DNA of 64,000 nucleotides from an uncultured Candidatus Saccharibacteria bacterium (GTDB lineage Bacteria; Patescibacteriota; Minisyncoccia; Phycocordibacterales; UBA2100): NCBI GenBank assembly GCA_964648335.1, contig CAZYLZ010000004.1, positions 6,189 to 70,188 of the forward strand, read 5' to 3'. Shown piece by piece: positions 1 to 8,132 of this stretch (position 1 is its first letter; each line of letters starts with the position of its first letter). The notes under the pieces were generated by a model. It saw only the letters and a program-made list of their open reading frames with translations, ran no database searches and was not told where the DNA came from. The position numbers and the translations under genes were made by a program.

Positions 1-2326
1 TCGACGTCGGCTTTTCCGGTACGCGCACGAGGTTGCGATAGAAATACTTCCAGGGACAGTCGAGGTAGTTGTTGAGCGCAGTCGCGGATATGCCCTGCTC
101 GACAAAGGCATCGCGCAAGAATGCTATGTCGCTCATCGAGTCGGTCGAAGACGGCTTCTGCACCAGTAAGTCTTGCGGCGCTACCGAGTCCTCAAACGAC
201 GCGGTATCGACTTTGGTCACGAGCGCCGGTGCGAGTTCGAGCATGAACTGTGTCACAGCGCTCTCGCGCGTGCGCGTAGACGAGGTTATCCCGTACGATA
301 CCGAGACGTACTGCTTTGCGCGCGTAAGTGCGACGTAAAAGAGTCGGCGCTCGTCTTCGACGTCGGTGTCTGGAACGACCGCGAGGGTCGAAAGTGGCAA
401 AGTGCTCCTCGATACGCGATTGCCCCAGTGCTGATCGCGGGCATGGATGATGTACACGTATTCGTACTCGAGCCCCTTCGAACGATGCGCCGTGACCAAG
501 TGCACGGCATTTGCCCGCTCCTTAGGCTCGGTATCGGGCTCGATTTCGATGCCGTACTCCTCGTAGAGACCGATATCGGTAACAAAGTCTGATCCGGTAT
601 ACAGGGTCTTGGTGGCACAGAGCGATTCGAGCGTGCGTGCAAGCCCGCGCACCGCATTGAGTATTGAAACGGCATTGGGCCGCGAGAGTACGTACGTAAG
701 GAAGCCACTTTCGTGCAAAACCGCATCGAAGAAATCGCGTGCCGATTCCTCTTGCGCCAGCTTCGAGAGGTGTAGAAGCGTGCGTGCGAACGACTCGACT
801 CGGGTAGGATCAGAGACTTTCGCGGTTAAAAGGTGCGCATGCGACGAGATGACATCGACATATGGAATGCGATGCTTCTGCCCATACAAGAGCGCTTTGT
901 AGACGTCATGCGACGACACTCGTGCCCACGGAAAATGGAGCGCGTAGGCGAGGTATTCGTCGCTGCCGATGTGTGTGCAGAGGCGCAGATAGGTCACGAG
1001 CTGCGCGATTATGTGATCGTTCAAGATGGTGCTCTTCGAATCGAGCGAATGGAGTATCCCTTTATGGGAGAGGGCGCGCGAGACCGCCGAGGCGTCCGAG
1101 TTAGTCCGGTACATGATGGCAATGTCGCCGGCAGGTACGCCTTCGGCTATGCGTTTTTCGATGTCGGTCACCACCCATAGCACCTCGAGTTCTTCACTCG
1201 TGAACGCGCGCTCTTCCAGGACTGCATGCTCGGGGTGCTCGACCCGGCTTTCGAGCTTCGGGTGACGTTCGGCCGGGATCGACTCTGTCATGAGCGAATG
1301 CGCCGCATCAAGCAAGACAGAGCCCGATCGGTACGAGTCGGTTAGCGGGATCAGAACCGCGCTCGGGAATTTCTTGCGAAAGTATTCGAAGCTGTCGAGA
1401 GTGGCACCCTGAAAGCGAAAGATCGCCTGCTTCTCGTCGCCGACGATAAAGAGATTCGGAGAATCGTGAAATGACGCGACGAGCTCGAGGAGCGTATTCT
1501 GCGCGCCATTGGCATCCTGGTGCTCGTCGGCCAGGATATAGAGATACTTCTCTTGGACGGTCAGCAAGAATGCCGGATCGGTGGCAAGTGTGCGCACCAC
1601 CTCGCCTATCATGTCCTCGAAGTCGAATTTCTTTTTTTCGGCGAGCTTCTTCTCGTACCACTCGAAAACCTTGCCGAGCTCGTGTTCCTTCCTGAGACGG
1701 TCCATCTGTGTCTGTGCGGCACCCTTCACCTTTCCTTTGTGTGCTCCCTTCTGATGCACCGATTCCGGATCGTTCTCGAGCTCGTGCAGTAGGCGTGCGG
1801 TAGTGGCGAGCACGTGCTCGGGGGTCTTGTGCTCGCGCTTGAGCGTGCTAATGGCGCTGCGGACCGCCGGTACGTAAAAGAACGGATCACCGAATGGCTT
1901 GAGCTTGTCGAGTGCAAGCTCGGTCAGGGCCTCGCGGATGAACAAGACCGACTCGATCTCGGTGAGCGCAACCGAGCTGATAATGCGCGGAAAGTATTCG
2001 GGATGCGACCGGATGATGTCGTTGCAGAATCCATGAAAGGTATAGATAGCTACCTTGTAGGCGGTTGGCCCGATGAGCTTGAGGAGCCGCGCCTTCATGG
2101 CGTCGACCCCGGCTTCGGTGAACGTAAGCGCGAGTATCGCGTCGGGTGGCGTGTCGGTGCGCGCAAGTATATTGGCTATGCGCAGGGTCAAGATCTGGGT
2201 CTTCCCGGTGCCTGGGCCAGCCACCACCATTATCGGTCCTTCTATCGCGTCTACGGCCTGTTTTTGGGCCGAATTGAGCCGTTTATAGTCTTGATTGAAC
2301 CGGACTGAGGTCTTGGAAACGGACAT
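1..2326 (-). CDS. SF1 UvrD/PcrA-family ATP-dependent DNA helicase; C-terminus lies beyond the left window edge. The last visible residues (LDCPWKYFYRNLV...) may begin a nuclease domain.
   Basis: Manual minus-strand translation from the ATG at 2326 is open all the way to position 1. It gives MSVSKTSVRFNQDYKRLNSAQKQAVDAIEGPIMVVAGPGTGKTQIL... (Walker A GPGTGKT), then later DEHQD and QGATLDSFEYF helicase motifs. The ORF track does not list it because no stop falls inside the window. Confidence 0.8.
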   Translation of the reverse strand, partial: MSVSKTSVRFNQDYKRLNSAQKQAVDAIEGPIMVVAGPGTGKTQILTLRIANILARTDTPPDAILALTFTEAGVDAMKARLLKLIGPTAYKVAIYTFHGFCNDIIRSHPEYFPRIISSVALTEIESVLFIREALTELALDKLKPFGDPFFYVPAVRSAISTLKREHKTPEHVLATTARLLHELENDPESVHQKGAHKGKVKGAAQTQMDRLRKEHELGKVFEWYEKKLAEKKKFDFEDMIGEVVRTLATDPAFLLTVQEKYLYILADEHQDANGAQNTLLELVASFHDSPNLFIVGDEKQAIFRFQGATLDSFEYFRKKFPSAVLIPLTDSYRSGSVLLDAAHSLMTESIPAERHPKLESRVEHPEHAVLEERAFTSEELEVLWVVTDIEKRIAEGVPAGDIAIMYRTNSDASAVSRALSHKGILHSLDSKSTILNDHIIAQLVTYLRLCTHIGSDEYLAYALHFPWARVSSHDVYKALLYGQKHRIPYVDVISSHAHLLTAKVSDPTRVESFARTLLHLSKLAQEESARDFFDAVLHESGFLTYVLSRPNAVSILNAVRGLARTLESLCATKTLYTGSDFVTDIGLYEEYGIEIEPDTEPKERANAVHLVTAHRSKGLEYEYVYIIHARDQHWGNRVSRSTLPLSTLAVVPDTDVEDERRLFYVALTRAKQYVSVSYGITSSTRTRESAVTQFMLELAPALVTKVDTASFEDSVAPQDLLVQKPSSTDSMSDIAFLRDAFVEQGISATALNNYLDCPWKYFYRNLVRVPEKPTS

Positions 2327-2356
2327 CAAATGAGTATAGCAAACATACAAAGGATA

Positions 2357-2385
2357 TTGACAAAGAAAAGTCGTGTGCTACAGTC
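2357..2385 (+). promoter_or_regulatory. Sigma70-like promoter candidate in a divergent intergenic region (TTGACA, 16-17 nt spacer, TACAGT).
   Basis: TTGACA at 2357-2362; a TGnTAcagT extended -10-like element near 2377-2385. Confidence 0.3.
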
Positions 2386-2522
2386 GAAACATGACCTACA
2401 TGGCCATCCAAAAGAATTTCTGCCCCGACGCCCGCATCACGGGAGCTGTTTCCGCATGGAACGATCCCCTTGCATCTGGCCGCGACTCTTGTTTCTCCTG
2501 GTAATTGCCTCGAACAAAGAAC

Positions 2523-2556
2523 AGCCTCGGCCCGATACAAGGCCGAGGCTTTTTAT
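2523..2556 (+). terminator. Rho-independent terminator-like hairpin (agcctcggcc-cgatacaa-ggccgaggct + TTTTTAT) inside the helicase/GNAT divergent intergenic region.
   Basis: Perfect 10-bp GC-rich stem followed by a T-tract. No upstream + strand CDS, so it may end an sRNA or act as a leader/attenuator. Confidence 0.45.
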
Positions 2557-2720
2557 CTGGCAAGAACTTCCTAAATTGGCGCATTTCTTTGTTGCCCTTC
2601 ACGATATGTCCGTCGCCGTACACGAAGTACGTTCTCCGTACCTATCGCTTGGGCGCCTCGAACTGCATCCAATTTACGAAGCCCTGGAGAGTAATGTTCT
2701 TTAACAAAAGGAGAAATAGT

Positions 2721-3293
2721 ATGCGCGAATACGTAACTTGCATGCAAGACACAACGGTCGCACTGGCTATGATCGAAGAGGGGGACATCCCGTTCTTGCG
2801 GCGCATGGCAAACGATACCGCTACGACGCAGTACCTTATGCGCTCGTTCCCTATCTCAGACGCATTCGAGAAAGAATGGGTGAAAGGGCTCTACGAGGGC
2901 AACCCGCCAACGAACCTCGTCTATTTGGTGGTTGCACACGATACTGGATCCCCGGTCCCCATCGGTACTATGGGACTCCACGGCATCGACTACGTAAACC
3001 GTACCGCGACGACCGGGACCGCACTGGTGCCCCAGGGTCGCGACAGGGGGTACGGAACGAAAGCTAAGATGCTCTTACTCGAATACGCGTTCTATCGCCT
3101 TAATCTGCGCATCGTGCAGAGCAAGATCTTCGATATGAATCCTCGCTCGATCCGCGTGCAAGAAAAGTGCGGCTACCGCGAGGTGGCGCGCATACCGAAC
3201 GTGATACTCCGCGGAAACGCAGTGCATAGCGAAGTGATTATGCATTGCACGCGCGAGTCGTTCGAAGCCATTCGAACAAGCCTTGCCCAGTGA
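2721..3293 (+). CDS. GNAT-family N-acetyltransferase (RimJ/RimL-like).
   Basis: ORF 2505..3293 contains an internal ATG at 2721 preceded by a strong RBS (aaaggagaaatagtATG). GNAT motif region RDRGYGTKAKMLLLEYAF. Confidence 0.7.
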   Translation: MREYVTCMQDTTVALAMIEEGDIPFLRRMANDTATTQYLMRSFPISDAFEKEWVKGLYEGNPPTNLVYLVVAHDTGSPVPIGTMGLHGIDYVNRTATTGTALVPQGRDRGYGTKAKMLLLEYAFYRLNLRIVQSKIFDMNPRSIRVQEKCGYREVARIPNVILRGNAVHSEVIMHCTRESFEAIRTSLAQ

Positions 3294-3298
3294 CACAT

Positions 3299-3332
3299 CC
3301 CCCCACGACGCATGTCGTGGGGTTTTCTTTGT
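3299..3332 (+). terminator. Rho-independent terminator after the GNAT gene.
   Basis: ccccacgac-gcatg-tcgtgggg followed by TTTTCTTT. Confidence 0.6.
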
Positions 3333-3385
3333 TGTGACGGTTCTGATGCGCACGAATCCAGGCACTACGCGATATACTCATATTC

Positions 3386-4138
3386 ATGAAACGAATCCAC
3401 GCAACGACCGTTGTCGGTTTTATTTTAGTGTTGGCCCCTCTCACCGCCGACGCGAGCCAGTGTCCTGCAATATCTGTGTCACTAAGTCCTGGTCAGAGCG
3501 GTGTCGCCGTTGCCGAACTGCAGACATTTCTGATCGGACTGGGACAACTCGAACCAGGAAGTTCTACCGGATACTATGGACCGCTCACCACCGCAGCCGT
3601 CCAGAGATTTCAATGTCTTCAAGATATCGTGTGCTCCGGTACGCCGCAAAGCACTGGCTGGGGTACCGTAGGAATGAAAACGCGGACGAGCATTTCTGCC
3701 ACATGCACCGATCCGAAGGTTCTCGGTATTAGTACCAATGCTCTCACAACCGGCGCCTCGGCAGGGACCAGCGTATCAAGCAGCACCGGGGCACCTGAAA
3801 TAACGTGGACGCAAACCCTCGCGACCACCACCTCCGACGGCACGACAGGCCAGTCGTTCACGATTAGCTGGAGTGCGACAGGAGCGACGTCATGTGTCTT
3901 GCAGAAGACAACGCCCGAGGGGCTGCTCACGAACCCATGGGCATCAGGCGTAAGCGGTAGCAAGGCCGCGAGTCCCTTTAAGATTGGGATGCATCACTTC
4001 TGGATTGATTGCATGGGACCAGGTGGTGCGACGAGACAGGATATGTATCATACTGTCACATCCGCGACGGCGAGTGCCGCTGACGCATATAAGAATCTCG
4101 CGAGCGCGCTGCAAGCATTCCTAAGCCTGAGCCGCTAG
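3386..4138 (+). CDS. Secreted protein with an N-terminal signal peptide and a peptidoglycan-binding (PG_binding_1-like) domain; Thr/Ser-rich C-terminal region.
   Basis: MKRIHATTVVGFILVLAPLTADA signal. GQSGVAVAELQTFLIGLGQL...GYYGPLTTAAVQRFQ matches the peptidoglycan-binding domain pattern. Confidence 0.6.
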   Translation: MKRIHATTVVGFILVLAPLTADASQCPAISVSLSPGQSGVAVAELQTFLIGLGQLEPGSSTGYYGPLTTAAVQRFQCLQDIVCSGTPQSTGWGTVGMKTRTSISATCTDPKVLGISTNALTTGASAGTSVSSSTGAPEITWTQTLATTTSDGTTGQSFTISWSATGATSCVLQKTTPEGLLTNPWASGVSGSKAASPFKIGMHHFWIDCMGPGGATRQDMYHTVTSATASAADAYKNLASALQAFLSLSR

Positions 4139-4225
4139 ATCCTACGAGCCGTGCACAGGTCTTGCTTTTGAGCTCGGTGCTCCGGTGATACCCTATACTC
4201 ATTATTCCCTAACCAGTCACAGACC

Positions 4226-4531
4226 ATGAACAGCTTCGAAAAGCCGGGTAAGCACGACACTATCCGAACCGACTTAAAGAGTCCCGATTCGACGGGCGAC
4301 GAAGTCGGAGACCGCATCAATTATCTCTCCCAGATGATTGTAAAGATCGGCGCAAAACCAGCAGAAACCTATGCTCAGCCGCGCCACGCCCATGATGCAG
4401 AGCTTCAGGTGAACAAGATGATTGCCGAAATGAACAGACTGCAAAATCTTTCACCTGAGGAACGCCGGGTCATGAATGTCGAGATCCAACGGAAAACCAC
4501 CGAAGCGGTAGTACAGAGCGATTGGCAGTAG
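4226..4531 (+). CDS. Hypothetical protein (101 aa).
   Basis: Intact ORF followed directly by a strong bidirectional terminator. No recognisable domain. Confidence 0.45.
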   Translation: MNSFEKPGKHDTIRTDLKSPDSTGDEVGDRINYLSQMIVKIGAKPAETYAQPRHAHDAELQVNKMIAEMNRLQNLSPEERRVMNVEIQRKTTEAVVQSDWQ

Positions 4532-4546
4532 AATGAACCTGTATTT

Positions 4547-4583
4547 AAAAACGGTGCGACCGCTACTGGTCGCACCGTTTTTA
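4547..4583. terminator. Bidirectional rho-independent terminator between convergent genes.
   Basis: aaaaacggtgcgacc-gctact-ggtcgcaccgttttt, with an A-tract on one side and a T-tract on the other. Confidence 0.75.
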
Positions 4584-4604
4584 CTTGCCAAAGTTCTCTG
4601 CTTT

Positions 4605-6224
4605 TTACGCCCAAGTAAACGCTCGCAAAGCGGACGAGACATGGCCGCCACGTACCGCGTAGATACCTGTACTCAAGCACACGAGAGCAGCGCCCAAGTA
4701 GATCGCCATGAGCACATCAATGTCTCCAAAGCCTGTATATGGAACCTGCGTAAGGCTTACATATGGCGGATGGTAGACCGGCGGCTGGACCGGAGGCATC
4801 GGTGGAACATAAACCCCGACCGATGCGTTGCAGACAACCTGCTGGCCGTTCCTTCCTATAGCGTGTCCAGTAATGACCGTCGTGCGGGTCGGATAGATGG
4901 TGCGCACACCACTTTGATTCACGTCACCGATGCCATTGTCGATCCATATCGACGCAGCATTCTGCGAGTTCCAGCGAATGGTTGCTGGCTGCCCCTGTGC
5001 TACGCCATTAGGCGACACGGTGAGCGTGCAGCTTGGAGTCTCGTAGTATGGAGGTGGCGGAAGGTTATTGGTGTAGACCGTTGTTGAGCACTGCGCGGTG
5101 CCGTACTGACCGTACACGGTCATCGTATACGTGCGTGTTCCATAGATGTCGTAGGCGGTGCGCGAACCGTTTACGTTCACGGTTCCGACTCCGTTATCAA
5201 TCGTTGCCGAATAGGCGTTAGACGAGTTCCAGTACAAAGTTGTACTGCCACCGTAGGTTACGTTCGTCGGGCTTGCCGAGAGCGTACAGGTTGGCAATTC
5301 GTAGTGTGGTGGTGGCGGAAGTTGGTAGGTATACACCGAAGCAGCGCATGTTGCCGAGCCACCATTACCGTGCACCACGAGGGTGTACGTACGAGTGCTC
5401 GTTATGTGATACGCGGTATATGAGCCAGTCACTGCAACCGAGCCGACACCGTTATCCAACGATGCGCTCGTCGCATTACTCGAGCTCCAAGTAACGATAG
5501 CCGAACCGTCGTAGGAAACGGTCGTTGGATTAATGCTGATGGTGCACGTAGGAGCGACCGGTGGTGGGACGTAGACCGTGGTAACAGAACCCGAGCACGT
5601 GCGTGTACCGCCCGGACCGCTTACGGTAAGAGTGTAGACACGATTGCCCGTGATATGAGTCGCAACATGCGAACCATTGAGTGCGACCGAACCGACACCG
5701 TTGTCGAGCACCGCGCTCGTCGCGTTTACTGACGACCAGCTGACGATAGCCGATCCGTCGTAGGAGACCGCGGAGGGATTTACATGCAAAGTACAGGCAG
5801 GAATTTGGACGACCGGTGGAGGTGGAATGTGTGTAACAACGGTGATGCCGTTACTTCCACCTTCGGAACCTGAATCATCACCGCCGCCGCAGCCGCAGCC
5901 GTCAGAATCGCTTCCGTCGCCTCCCGCATCTGAGCCGGAATCCGAGCCTGAGCCAGAATCGCTGCCTCCATCGCTTCCACCCGAATCGCCGCCGCTGTCT
6001 CCTCCGCCGCTGTCACCACCTCCGTCTCCACCACCATCTCCGCCTCCGCCGTCGCCGCCTCCTCCATCACCACCACCTCCGTCGCCTCCGCCGTCGGCGT
6101 GAGCGATTGTCATACCGATATGCAGGTTAGAATATGAAACCTTAAGTACTGGTCCTGCTACTACGAAAAAGATGCCGAGTGCGGCAAAGGCAAAAACAGT
6201 ATTGCGGGCGAACTTGGTAAACAT
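4605..6224 (-). CDS. Secreted surface protein. N-terminal signal/TM, Gly/Asp-rich low-complexity region, four Cys-bracketed repeats of about 75 aa, and a C-terminal ...YVSLTQVPYTG motif followed by a TM segment and a short basic tail (candidate sortase substrate).
   Basis: Repeats of the form CTLxxNPxxVSYDGSAIVxWSSxNATSAxLDNGVGSVxxxGSxxxxxITxxRxYTLTVxGxGGxxxC. The C-terminus VPYTGFGDIDVLMAIYLGAALVCLSTGIYAVRGG has LPXTG-like architecture. Confidence 0.7.
   Translation of the reverse strand: MFTKFARNTVFAFAALGIFFVVAGPVLKVSYSNLHIGMTIAHADGGGDGGGGDGGGGDGGGGDGGGDGGGDSGGGDSGGDSGGSDGGSDSGSGSDSGSDAGGDGSDSDGCGCGGGDDSGSEGGSNGITVVTHIPPPPVVQIPACTLHVNPSAVSYDGSAIVSWSSVNATSAVLDNGVGSVALNGSHVATHITGNRVYTLTVSGPGGTRTCSGSVTTVYVPPPVAPTCTISINPTTVSYDGSAIVTWSSSNATSASLDNGVGSVAVTGSYTAYHITSTRTYTLVVHGNGGSATCAASVYTYQLPPPPHYELPTCTLSASPTNVTYGGSTTLYWNSSNAYSATIDNGVGTVNVNGSRTAYDIYGTRTYTMTVYGQYGTAQCSTTVYTNNLPPPPYYETPSCTLTVSPNGVAQGQPATIRWNSQNAASIWIDNGIGDVNQSGVRTIYPTRTTVITGHAIGRNGQQVVCNASVGVYVPPMPPVQPPVYHPPYVSLTQVPYTGFGDIDVLMAIYLGAALVCLSTGIYAVRGGHVSSALRAFTWA
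5850..6110. repeat. Low-complexity GGN/GAC codon repeats encoding the (G)nD-rich region of the surface protein (the antisense strand reads as poly-Pro/Ser).
   Basis: Runs of ggtggcggagga/ggcgacgg units; translation DGGGDGGGGDGGGG... Confidence 0.6.
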
Positions 6225-6277
6225 GATGGAGCGTAAGTAGATAATAAAAAAGCGAGGCTTTGAGCCACGCGACCCGC

Positions 6278-6306
6278 TTTATACGCTACTCGGACACAAA
6301 AGTCAA
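6278..6306 (-). promoter_or_regulatory. Sigma70-like promoter for the surface-protein gene (TTGACT, 17 nt, TATAAA).
   Basis: Reverse complement of agtcaa at 6301-6306 and of tttata at 6278-6283; 17-nt spacer. Confidence 0.5.
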
Positions 6307-6334
6307 GTTACACATGAAGACTCATCATAAAGAG

Positions 6335-6369
6335 AACCCCGGCACCCGTATAGAACGGATGCCGGGGTT
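6335..6369 (-). terminator. Rho-independent terminator for the Cys-rich peptide gene.
   Basis: aaccccggcacccg-tatagaa-cgggtgccggggtt hairpin followed on the minus strand by CTCTTTAT. Confidence 0.6.
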
Positions 6370-6378
6370 GTTGCCACG

Positions 6379-6588
6379 CTAGCGCGGCTTGTAGCATGAA
6401 CACTGGCGCTCCCAGTGACCGAACGTGATCTTCTTGCCCTGGACGAACTTCCCTGGGCACCAGACAGTGCGGCAATGCGTGACGCAGCTGCAATTCTGGC
6501 AGCCGGCAGCGGCAGCGCGAGCGGCAGACAGTAGCTGCATGCCACCGAGGGCAGACATAACTGCCATTGCAAACATGAGGTTTCTCAT
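6379..6588 (-). CDS. Small secreted cysteine-rich peptide (69-aa precursor). After a signal peptide the mature part is about 40 aa with 8 Cys.
   Basis: MRNLMFAMAVMSALGGMQLLSAARAAAAG | CQNCSCVTHCRTVWCPGKFVQGKKITFGHWERQCSCYKPR. RBS ggaagg upstream; canonical promoter and terminator. Confidence 0.6.
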   Translation of the reverse strand: MRNLMFAMAVMSALGGMQLLSAARAAAAGCQNCSCVTHCRTVWCPGKFVQGKKITFGHWERQCSCYKPR

Positions 6589-6648
6589 GACATTTCCTTC
6601 CGAGTGCTGAAAACAAAACAGCCGTCCTTGACGACTGTCCTGTTTATA

Positions 6649-6677
6649 TTTATAGCACAAATCTGGCTTGCTAGCAA
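6649..6677 (-). promoter_or_regulatory. Sigma70-like promoter for the Cys-rich peptide gene (TTGCTA, 17 nt, TATAAA).
   Basis: Reverse complement of tagcaa at 6672-6677 and of tttata at 6649-6654. Confidence 0.5.
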
Positions 6678-6823
6678 GTCTTCCTTATTGTGCATTCCAC
6701 GGGCTTGAAAAAATTGGATGCAGTTCGAGGCGTACGACCGAAGAAGTTTGAGACGTACTTTTAGTACGGTGAAAACTTTTGAGGGAAGTACAACGCGGAA
6801 ATGCGCCAATTTTACAAGCCCCG

Positions 6824-8059
6824 TTAGTAGTTACGCAACTGCTTAGCCCGCTCGTGGAGACGTATTCGTTCAAGCGCTTTGGCCTCGATCTGTCGGATAC
6901 GCTCGCGGGTGACGCCGAATTCGCGCCCTACCTCTTCAAGCGTGTAGCAGATTCCCTCTTCGGTAAGACCGTTCCTCATTTCCAAAATCTTGCGCTCTTT
7001 AGGCGAGAGCTCGTCCATAACAGCGGTAAGCTGCTCAGTGAGGATGCGGTGCGACGCGGTCTGGTCCGGCGCTGCGATAGTGTCGTCGGGGATAAAGCTC
7101 CCCAAGGTCGACTTGTCTTCATCATCGCCCACTGGAGACTCCAAAGATACCGTGTCTTGGTTGATCTTCTGGATGGTGTAAATCTTGTCGAGCTCGACGC
7201 CCATTTCTGCTGCAATCTCTTCTGGAAGCGGATCGCGTCCCAGATGCTGCGAAAGCTCGCGCGTCTTCTGCTTGTACTTGGCGATAGTCTCGACCATGTG
7301 GACCGGGATGCGGATGGTGCGCGACTGGTCTGCGAGCGCACGCGTGATAGCCTGGCGAATCCACCATGTCGCGTAGGTGGAGAATTTGAATCCCTTGGTG
7401 TAGTCGAATTTGTCGACCGCCTTGAAGAGGCCTATGTTTCCTTCTTGGATGAGGTCGAGGAGCGTGAGGTCGGGACTACGGTTGACGTACTTTTTAGCGA
7501 TAGAAACCACGAGGCGTAGGTTCGAGCGTGCCAGGATATTGCGCGCCTCTTCGTCGCCCTGCAGGATGCGCTTTGCCAATTCTTTTTCGGAGTTTGCGTT
7601 CAAAAGCGGGTACTGTCCAATCTCGCGCAGGTACATCTGGATGGAGTCATAGCCTGACTCCGAAGACGATGCGCGACGGCCCTGCAGCTTCTTCTTTTCC
7701 AAGACACCACCCGAGGCTTCTTCGTCGAGCATGCTGCCTCCTTCCAAGACATCGACGCCTGCGACCGCGAACTTCTCGTACATCTCTTCCAAAAGCTCGA
7801 CATTCTCTTCGATCGCTGGGAACTCGCGCATGATCTCGTCGTAAGTCACGTATCCGCGTCCGCGGCCGAGTCCCAAGAGGATCTCTACCTGTTTATCCAT
7901 CTTCGATACAGGCTTTACGGCACCTTTTGGCGCCGTGCGCTTGGTCGGCTTCGAGACGCTCTTTGCCTTCGGCTTTGCCTTAAGTGCCTTGGCACGAACT
8001 TTAGACCGCTGTGGAGCGGCCTTCTTCTTTGGCTTATGTGTGCGCTTTTTTGTTGCCAT
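6824..8059 (-). CDS. rpoD: RNA polymerase sigma factor RpoD (sigma-70) with a Lys/Ala/Pro-rich N-terminal extension.
   Basis: Regions 2-4 are conserved ([26 protein letters not shown]; [32 protein letters not shown]). Likely start [12 protein letters not shown] at 8059. It lies immediately downstream of dnaG (MMS operon arrangement). Confidence 0.9.
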   Translation of the reverse strand: MATKKRTHKPKKKAAPQRSKVRAKALKAKPKAKSVSKPTKRTAPKGAVKPVSKMDKQVEILLGLGRGRGYVTYDEIMREFPAIEENVELLEEMYEKFAVAGVDVLEGGSMLDEEASGGVLEKKKLQGRRASSSESGYDSIQMYLREIGQYPLLNANSEKELAKRILQGDEEARNILARSNLRLVVSIAKKYVNRSPDLTLLDLIQEGNIGLFKAVDKFDYTKGFKFSTYATWWIRQAITRALADQSRTIRIPVHMVETIAKYKQKTRELSQHLGRDPLPEEIAAEMGVELDKIYTIQKINQDTVSLESPVGDDEDKSTLGSFIPDDTIAAPDQTASHRILTEQLTAVMDELSPKERKILEMRNGLTEEGICYTLEEVGREFGVTRERIRQIEAKALERIRLHERAKQLRNY

Positions 8060-8132
8060 GTGTATAAAAATACCTATAAGAACCGGAGCAAGAAACAAAG
8101 ACACCGCTTATGCGGAGGTATAAGGGGACATG

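Noticed and set aside
5827-6102. 91-aa + strand ORF encoding a poly-Pro/Ser peptide
   Set aside because: It is the reverse-complement reading of the Gly/Asp-rich codon repeats of the surface-protein gene on the minus strand. Not an independent gene.
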